Shown here piece after piece: positions 57,916 through 64,000 of a stretch of 64,000 bases of DNA (within the stretch, counting starts at the first letter, position 1; the number at the start of each line of letters is the position of its first letter). Location of the stretch: positions 736,001 through 800,000 of the forward strand of contig OZ241329.1 in the NCBI GenBank assembly GCA_965199825.1, in the 5' to 3' direction. The position numbers were made by a program, and so were the translations under genes. This DNA comes from Bdellovibrionales bacterium (GTDB taxonomy: Bacteria > Bdellovibrionota > Bdellovibrionia > Bdellovibrionales > UBA1609). The notes below the pieces were generated by a model. The model ran no database searches, was not told where the DNA came from, and saw only the letters and a list, made by a program, of their open reading frames with translations.

Positions 57916-60576
57916 TTAGGTTTTTTTACCGCGCTTTTCAAGCCGACGACGATCGGCTCGGTTGAGCTTTAGACCTTCATCTTGTTGGGGACCAATCGAA
58001 AACTCGCGCCGTGGACTGCTTTGACCCGGCTGTGGTGCGATTGTGCCTGTAGGCTCTTCTGCGCCTTCATAATTGAGATTGAGATCTTCGATGTGGCGCT
58101 GACGTTCGGCCAAATCTTTTGCGGCTTGCTCAGGGGCAACAATCTGAATTTTTAAAAGTTTTTCGACCGCTTCGTTACGAATCAAAACATTGAGTTCTTG
58201 AAACATCGAAAAAGCTTCTTTTTTGTATTCGATCAAAGGATCTTTTTGAGCATAACCTCTAAGATTGATTCCCTCTTTTAAATGATCGATGCGCTCCAGA
58301 TGCTCCTTCCAATATCCATCAATGGTTTGGAGCAGAATCATCCGCGACACCTGATCAAAAAAAGTGTCCATCGTGGCTACTTGTTTGTCGTAGATGCGTT
58401 TGACTTCGGCCGAGACAAACTCGGTGATTTTTTCTGAAGGCCACGAGGTCGCTTCTTCTTCATTGAGGCGCACACCAAACTGCTGTTGCAGCGCTGTACT
58501 TAAACCTTTGAGATCCCAATCTTCGCGTTTGATTTGATCGTTGGCGAAATTATCGAGCAGATCTGAGGTCACATCGCTCAACATATCCAAAACAGTTCGG
58601 TCGACATTTTCGCCGCGAAGAATTGCCTTTCGCATATTGTAAATCGCTGTGCGCTGCTGGTTCATCACATCATCGTATTCGAGCAAATGTTTACGCACAT
58701 CAAAGTTGTGACCTTCGACTTTGCGCTGAGCACTTTCGATTGCACGAGTGACCATGTTGGCGGTGATCGGCTCATCTTCGGGAAGATTCAGAGTATTCAT
58801 AATTTTTTGGATGCGCTCGCCATTGAAAATGCGCATCAAATTGTCTTCGAGTGAAAGATAAAATTTGGAAAGTCCTGGATCCCCTTGTCGACCCGCACGA
58901 CCCCGCAACTGATTATCGATCCGGCGCGACTCGTGGCGCTCGGTCCCGATAATGTAAAGACCACCGGCTGCGACCACTTCTTTTTTCTCGGCATCACATT
59001 GTTCTTTGAATTTCTTGGTCGACTCTTCGATTTTTTGCGGATCCTCTTGGCCAGTGGAGCGCGCCATAAATTCTGGATTACCACCAAGCAAAATATCTGT
59101 TCCACGGCCAGCCATGTTTGTTGCAATGGTCACGGTCCCCTTGCGGCCCGCCTGCGCGATAATCTCGGCTTCACGTTCGTGATGTTTGGCATTGAGAACA
59201 TTGTGGGTGATGCCGTCATTTTTGAGTGAGCGCGAAAGTTTTTCAGATTTTTCGATACTCACAGTCCCCACCAAGATCGGCTGGCCGAGCTCGACTCTAG
59301 ATTTAATATCTTCGGTGATCGCCTTAAATTTTGCTCGCTCAGTTTTATAAATCACATCGTTGATATCAGTTCGACTGATCACCCGATTTGTTGGAATCAC
59401 GTTTACATCAAGATTATAAATCTTTTTAAATTCAACCGCTTCGGTCTCGGCTGTTCCGGTCATGCCCGCAAGTTTGCGATACATGCGAAAATAATTTTGA
59501 AAAGTAATGGTCGCAAGAGTTTGATTTTCGTTTTTTACACTCACGCTCTCTTTGGCTTCGATCGCTTGGTGAAGTCCATCGCTCCATCTTCGGCCCGGCA
59601 TCAAGCGGCCCGTAAACTCATCAACGATCACGATCTCGCCATCTTTGATCATGTAGTCCACATCAAGTTGGTAAAGATGATGGGCTTTTAAGCCTTGATA
59701 AATATGGTGAAGAATATCGATGTGATTGGGATCGTAAAGATTGTCGATGGCGAGGAGTTCTTCCACCTTGTGGTTGCCCTCATCTGTGAGTGAAGCGGTT
59801 TTCGATTTTTCTTCCATCACAAAATGCACATCGATCTTGAGATGGGGAATGATTTTGTTCACTTCGTGATATTTGTCGGTGGATTCGTCTTTTGAGCCCG
59901 AGATGATAAGCGGAGTTCGAGCCTCATCGATCAAGATCGAATCGCACTCATCGACAATGGCGAAGTTGAGTTCGCGCTGAACCATTTCTTCGAGCGAAAA
60001 TTTCATATTATCGCGAAGATAATCAAACCCAAATTCATTGTTTGTTCCATAAGTGATGTCGGCGCCATAAGCCTCTTGGCGCTCGCGATCGCTTAAGTCG
60101 TGAACGATGGTACCGGTTGTCAAGCCCAGCCAATGGTAAAGCTGACCCATCCATTCGGTATCCCGTTTGGCGAGATAATCGTTTACGGTGATCACGTGAA
60201 CGCCGCGCCCCTCGAGCGCATTGAGATACACAGGTAAAGTGGCAACAAGCGTTTTACCTTCTCCGGTTTTCATCTCGGCAATGGTTCCGCGGTGCAGACA
60301 AATGCCACCAATCATTTGTACATCGTAATGGCGCATTTTTAACACGCGGCGAGAAGCCTCACGACAAACCGCAAAGGCCTCGGGCAAAAGATCATCTAAA
60401 GTTTCGCCATTTTTGATGCGCTCTTTGAGCTCTGGCGTTTTGGCTTGAAGTTCCGAATCGGACAGAGGCTGCAATTTGGCCTCAAAAGAATTAATCTGCT
60501 CCACCAATGGGCGCAGTTTTTTCATGTCGCGTTCGTGCTTAGTTCCGAATAATTTGGCTAAAAAAGATGAAAACAT
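57916..60576 (-). CDS. secA: Preprotein translocase ATPase SecA
   Basis: [63 protein letters not shown]. Confidence 0.99.
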   Translation of the reverse strand: MFSSFLAKLFGTKHERDMKKLRPLVEQINSFEAKLQPLSDSELQAKTPELKERIKNGETLDDLLPEAFAVCREASRRVLKMRHYDVQMIGGICLHRGTIAEMKTGEGKTLVATLPVYLNALEGRGVHVITVNDYLAKRDTEWMGQLYHWLGLTTGTIVHDLSDRERQEAYGADITYGTNNEFGFDYLRDNMKFSLEEMVQRELNFAIVDECDSILIDEARTPLIISGSKDESTDKYHEVNKIIPHLKIDVHFVMEEKSKTASLTDEGNHKVEELLAIDNLYDPNHIDILHHIYQGLKAHHLYQLDVDYMIKDGEIVIVDEFTGRLMPGRRWSDGLHQAIEAKESVSVKNENQTLATITFQNYFRMYRKLAGMTGTAETEAVEFKKIYNLDVNVIPTNRVISRTDINDVIYKTERAKFKAITEDIKSRVELGQPILVGTVSIEKSEKLSRSLKNDGITHNVLNAKHHEREAEIIAQAGRKGTVTIATNMAGRGTDILLGGNPEFMARSTGQEDPQKIEESTKKFKEQCDAEKKEVVAAGGLYIIGTERHESRRIDNQLRGRAGRQGDPGLSKFYLSLEDNLMRIFNGERIQKIMNTLNLPEDEPITANMVTRAIESAQRKVEGHNFDVRKHLLEYDDVMNQQRTAIYNMRKAILRGENVDRTVLDMLSDVTSDLLDNFANDQIKREDWDLKGLSTALQQQFGVRLNEEEATSWPSEKITEFVSAEVKRIYDKQVATMDTFFDQVSRMILLQTIDGYWKEHLERIDHLKEGINLRGYAQKDPLIEYKKEAFSMFQELNVLIRNEAVEKLLKIQIVAPEQAAKDLAERQRHIEDLNLNYEGAEEPTGTIAPQPGQSSPRREFSIGPQQDEGLKLNRADRRRLEKRGKKT

Positions 60577-60611
60577 AAGTTTTAGAGAATAGTCCTTTCA
60601 AGAAGAAATGT

Positions 60612-61091
60612 CTAGGAAGGGTCAAAGTTCAACTGCCGAAGACCTTCATAAACCACAACCGCAACTGCGGTTGCGAGATTTAAACTGCGTATTTTGCCGA
60701 GCACCGGAATCGTCATAATCTGGTTTTTGTATTTTTCTAAAATCCAATCTTCAAACCCCACCGTCTCTTTACCAAACACCAACCAATCGCCAGGTTGAAA
60801 CTGTGTTTGATAGGCCGACTTTGCATGCTTCGTTTCAAAAAAATGAACACGCGAAGGATCCTCGACCTTTTTCCACCACTCATCCCACGTTTGATGATGA
60901 GTCCACTCGAGATGTTGCCAATAATCAAGACCTGAGCGCTTCAAATTTTTGTCGGTAATTTCGAAACCCAATTTGCCCACAAGATGAAGACTGCACCAAG
61001 TTCCAACACAAGTGCGACCAATATTTCCGGTGTTCTGCGGAATTTCGGGTTCAATCAGGACAACATGAAAAGAGCGATGCGGATATTTCAC
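60612..61091 (-). CDS. trmL: tRNA (cytidine/uridine-2'-O)-methyltransferase (SpoU family)
   Basis: EPEIPQNTGNIGR, RSGLDYW, FGKET, RSLNLA. Confidence 0.93.
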   Translation of the reverse strand: MKYPHRSFHVVLIEPEIPQNTGNIGRTCVGTWCSLHLVGKLGFEITDKNLKRSGLDYWQHLEWTHHQTWDEWWKKVEDPSRVHFFETKHAKSAYQTQFQPGDWLVFGKETVGFEDWILEKYKNQIMTIPVLGKIRSLNLATAVAVVVYEGLRQLNFDPS

Positions 61092-61180
61092 ATAGGAGCG
61101 ATAGACTTCGAAATGATTTTAGGTCAAAGGTCGACAAGCCTTGTCATTTGGGATATGAAAAATATTTTAGGGGTAATAGC

Positions 61181-61543
61181 GTGCAAGATCAAATCACGTA
61201 CATGGGTTACATGTGGGTTCAAATTGAAGATGGAATTTTAACTTTCGGTATCAACGAGTCAGGACTCGATGAGTTTACCGAAATCAATGCGGTCGATTTG
61301 CCTGCCGAAAATGACAGCGTCGAACCTGACGAAGTCTGTGGCGAGATCGATACCGATCAAGGCCCAATGAATTTATATTGTCCGGTTCAAGGCAAAGTTG
61401 TCGAGATCAACGAAGCGGTCGTTGAGAATCCTTCGCTCATTCAAGAAGATTGCAACGGCGATGGCTGGTTATTTAAAGTTGAGGCAACTAACTCGAGCGA
61501 CGTGGATGAGTTTGCTTCGGCTTCGACTAATGATGCGGATTAA
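61181..61543 (+). CDS. Glycine cleavage H-protein homologue lacking the lipoyl lysine
   Basis: WV...G...GI, VDLP, LYCPVQGKVVEINE..V.NP.LI..D..GDGWLFKV; ESVK is replaced by DTDQ. GTG start at 61181 after AGGGG. Confidence 0.8.
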   Translation: MQDQITYMGYMWVQIEDGILTFGINESGLDEFTEINAVDLPAENDSVEPDEVCGEIDTDQGPMNLYCPVQGKVVEINEAVVENPSLIQEDCNGDGWLFKVEATNSSDVDEFASASTNDAD

Positions 61544-61555
61544 CGTATTCAAATA

Positions 61556-61610
61556 TCCTAAAAGCTCAGACATGCGGTCGCCATTAGGCGATCCGAACTC
61601 GCTTTTAGGA
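61556..61610 (+). repeat. Structured hairpin element, copy A
   Basis: TCC-TAAAAGCTCAGACATGCG-[GTCGCC ATTA GGCGAT]-CCGAACTCGCTTTTA-GGA. Confidence 0.75.
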
Positions 61611-61750
61611 CATTCGAATACTTAAACCTTGGGGATGGTTTTTTTGTGAGATTTTTTTGACGATCATGCCCGGACTCAGATAAATATATTTTGTTGTTCT
61701 TATGATCGAATAACTTAACAAAGCTACAAGTAAATTGTCAAAGATGCTAA

Positions 61751-61775
61751 TCGCGACTGACGTCGCGACCAAAAA
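61751..61775. repeat. REP-like palindrome
   Basis: TCGCGAC-TGAC-GTCGCGA followed by CCAAAAA, like the element at 615-650. Confidence 0.4.
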
Positions 61776-61825
61776 GCAGCCTCATTGGACCGTAAACGAA
61801 ACTAGGCAGTTGGACTGTATTCGCA

Positions 61826-62290
61826 TTAACGGTTGTTACAGCGCAGATCTACAATTTTGTCGTAGCGCTCATTCGTATTAGGCAATATTCGAATACTGAG
61901 TGTATGAAATTCGACTCCCTGAGCGACGGTGCTTTCGTCTTTCGAGTTAAAATCAGGCCAGTGATTACGCCAGCTGTATCCAAATTGCTCACAAATTCTG
62001 CTAAAAGCGTCATACGTCGACTTTACAACAAACTCTTGCCCATTTTCCTGAATCCTTACGTTTTTCAATAAAGCACCTCGAGACGAAGGCTCGATCGATT
62101 CGACGACAAAAGAGTTATCTAGCTGCATGACCGCTTGATCATAGGCCTTGACGATTTCCGTCGCTGGGACCTCTGCCGATTGGCTCGAAGTAGTCTTAAC
62201 TGAAATTGCGTTGGCAACGCCTGCGACCATAAAATTCAATGTAAGTATCAATAAATAATATTTTACAGATTGAGCTTTTCGTTGATTCAT
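61826..62290 (-). CDS. Hypothetical secreted protein
   Basis: GAGG RBS before the ATG at 62290; signal peptide ending GVANA. Confidence 0.7.
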   Translation of the reverse strand: MNQRKAQSVKYYLLILTLNFMVAGVANAISVKTTSSQSAEVPATEIVKAYDQAVMQLDNSFVVESIEPSSRGALLKNVRIQENGQEFVVKSTYDAFSRICEQFGYSWRNHWPDFNSKDESTVAQGVEFHTLSIRILPNTNERYDKIVDLRCNNR

Positions 62291-62435
62291 TGAGAACCTC
62301 TTTTGTTTAGGTCTCATTCTGCAAACGCTGGACTACTTTCTTAAGCCACTAATTCTAACCTACTCGCCGCGATGGCAATCTTAAGATTTTAAATTACAAA
62401 ATACGGCATTTTATGTCTGAAAAATGTCTCTTCGC

Positions 62436-63110
62436 TCAAAATTTAGTCACCGAAAAACTTTGGGACATCAGTGGCATAGGCGCAGTCATTTTTGCAGCGA
62501 AGGACTGCTTTTGCTCCGGGCACGATTTTTTGAGTGGATCGTTTTTTGATAAAGCGGTTCGAGTGTTCTCCACCATTGTTTCTTGGATGGTTGCCGTACG
62601 CCTTAATCGCTGACTCAGGAGATCACGCGAGCGTTCGAAGTCTTTAAATTCTTCCAAAGTCATAGCAAACCGGATGTCCACCTGAAGTTCATCCCCAGCG
62701 TTATAAAGTCGTGCCCGCTCTTTGAGTTTTTTTGCAGGCGACGCTTTTGCCACTTCTTTCTCAAGTGCGCGCTTGGAGCCCTGTGCAAGTTTCAACCAAT
62801 GCTCGGCATTTTTAGGCGTGATCACACTGCAAATTCGATTGGCTTTAGAGATCGAAAGCTGCCCCGAAGCGATTTGTAATTTGAGCTCAGGGATCAAGGC
62901 ACATTTTTTAGCAACTTTATTAAAAATACTGATGAGCTCTTCAGTCATATTGAGCTTGTTGCAGGTAAAATCAAAAAGTGATCGACTCCCATAAACATAA
63001 TGGGTTTTTGCTCGCCAAACATTTTCGATTGAAAGCACCAATTCCGCATCTGAAATATTTTTGACCGACACAGCCTTGAGTACGCGAAAATAAATTTTTT
63101 GATGATCCAC
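62436..63110 (-). CDS. DUF222-like N-terminal domain of the HNH-endonuclease-associated family; HNH domain absent (truncated or degenerate)
   Basis: AGGAG RBS. ELV..I..V......YGSRSLFDF....L.......KVA......PEL...I.SG.LSISKA..I..VIT..N...W, then RDLLSQ and KNDPLKK, where full-length members continue into CxxC/HNH. Family assignment is by eye. Confidence 0.6.
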   Translation of the reverse strand: MDHQKIYFRVLKAVSVKNISDAELVLSIENVWRAKTHYVYGSRSLFDFTCNKLNMTEELISIFNKVAKKCALIPELKLQIASGQLSISKANRICSVITPKNAEHWLKLAQGSKRALEKEVAKASPAKKLKERARLYNAGDELQVDIRFAMTLEEFKDFERSRDLLSQRLRRTATIQETMVENTRTALSKNDPLKKSCPEQKQSFAAKMTAPMPLMSQSFSVTKF

Positions 63111-63346
63111 AATTCGCTCCTACTTAATAAAGCGAAATCTATCAAAAAAAATATCCACTGCAAATTGATATAAATAAATATTGTAGGTTATTGATCGGGC
63201 GAAATTTCCGGTGGTGGCTTTTACTTTGTCAAAAAAATTTGAGCGGGCACGACTCTTTACGTTTAACGCTGAACTCAGCGACACTAACCTATTTTAAAAA
63301 ATCCCAATCTCAACTCGAACACGATCTCTAGACTAAGGAATTAAGA

Positions 63347-63423
63347 GGCTTAAAAGCGAGTTCGGCTTGGCACGCGATTGCGCAGGCAATCGAGTGCCAA
63401 ACGCATGTCTGAGCTTTTAAGCC
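63347..63423 (-). repeat. Structured hairpin element, copy B (inverted relative to A; overlaps the spoVR stop)
   Basis: Minus strand: GGCT-TAAAAGCTCAGACATGCG-[TTTGGCACTCGATTGC CTGC GCAATCGCGTGCCAAG]-CCGAACTCGCTTTTA-AGCC. Confidence 0.75.
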
Positions 63424-64000
63424 CCTTGATTCCCCATTGGCTGACTTAAAAACTGCGAGCCATCAAAACTAACGATTCTTTTATCACCATCAACGATAGT
63501 GGCGACATGGACGGGTCTGCTCCAAATTGCAAAAAGATTTTGTAAGGTCGCATTCATATACTCGCCCTGCATTTCGATACCTTCGTACATGTGCTGAAGC
63601 AGCAGCTCACCTCGATTGTTAAAGTTGGCATCGACCACCGAAATTATGGGTTGGCCAAAATTGGTAAGCTGAAACAAAAACTTCTTTTTGATCAGCTCAA
63701 AATCGCGGGTGTCGACTTCGTATTGGTTGGTGCGCTTATTAAATTTGTAAACAAACATTTTATTTTCGACACAGAACTCTTCGGTCAAAAATTCATCGAT
63801 AAACGTGACGTCGTTGTAGTGCTTGCGGACTTCAAAAATTTTTTTGCGGCCAAGGCCTGTTTGTTTGTCCCAGTTCTTTTTTAGAGAAATGTCGTTGCAC
63901 TCTGACCATTCTCTGCCGAATTGGCCTTTGTTCCAGCGCATCTCGATATTGCGAAAGAGTTCGATGCCCACTTTATAGGGATTGAATCCTGTGGGCGACA
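63417..64000 (-). CDS. spoVR: SpoVR family protein (C-terminal part; starts beyond the window)
   Basis: NPYKVGIELF..IE, YNDVTFIDEFLT, NFGQP.I.V.D.N...GELLL.H. Confidence 0.9.
   Translation of the reverse strand, partial: SPTGFNPYKVGIELFRNIEMRWNKGQFGREWSECNDISLKKNWDKQTGLGRKKIFEVRKHYNDVTFIDEFLTEEFCVENKMFVYKFNKRTNQYEVDTRDFELIKKKFLFQLTNFGQPIISVVDANFNNRGELLLQHMYEGIEMQGEYMNATLQNLFAIWSRPVHVATIVDGDKRIVSFDGSQFLSQPMGNQGA

Noticed and set aside
63368..63383. Sigma54 promoter TGGCACGCGATTGC
   Set aside because: GG-GC spacing is one base short, and the sequence is the arm of a hairpin.
61556..63423. Integron attC sites, a classical IS, or a hammerhead ribozyme
   Set aside because: No RYYYAAC/GTTRRRY ends, no DDE or HUH transposase, no evident target duplication, and no CUGANGA/GAAA core.

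Overview
Bacterial chromosomal segment, most likely from a Bdellovibrionota-like organism. This is inferred from FQNC-type lipoprotein signal peptides, many orphan secreted proteins, a SecA lacking the SEC-C tail, and the cox gene order. Core genes: rpsU-yqeY-dnaG-rpoD-tRNA-Ile(CAT), tadA, tRNA-Ser(GGA), DASH cryptochrome, ABC-F, RluA, TerC, purN, a caa3 oxidase cluster with ctaA/ctaB, thiamine pyrophosphokinase, secA, trmL and a partial spoVR. Between about 8.8 and 33 kb lie nine Ser/Thr/Cys-rich exported proteins, most with a lipobox, carrying glycoside-hydrolase, lectin, beta-helix, Ig-like and phage-fibre-like modules. Two GT-C protein glycosyltransferases (TMTC-like and PMT-like) sit nearby. 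The most unusual non-coding signals are: (i) two inverted copies of a hairpin element with identical core sequences but different, self-complementary stems, bracketing a 1.87-kb unit that carries a DUF222-like gene without its HNH domain; (ii) a 15 x 19-bp tandem array beside tRNA-Ser whose unit recurs as single copies at that gene; (iii) a hairpin-rich element behind tRNA-Ile that is partly antisense to the tRNA 3' end. Also notable are a GcvH homologue without the lipoyl lysine and four well-placed sigma54-type promoters. All calls come from reading motifs by eye; no searches were run.
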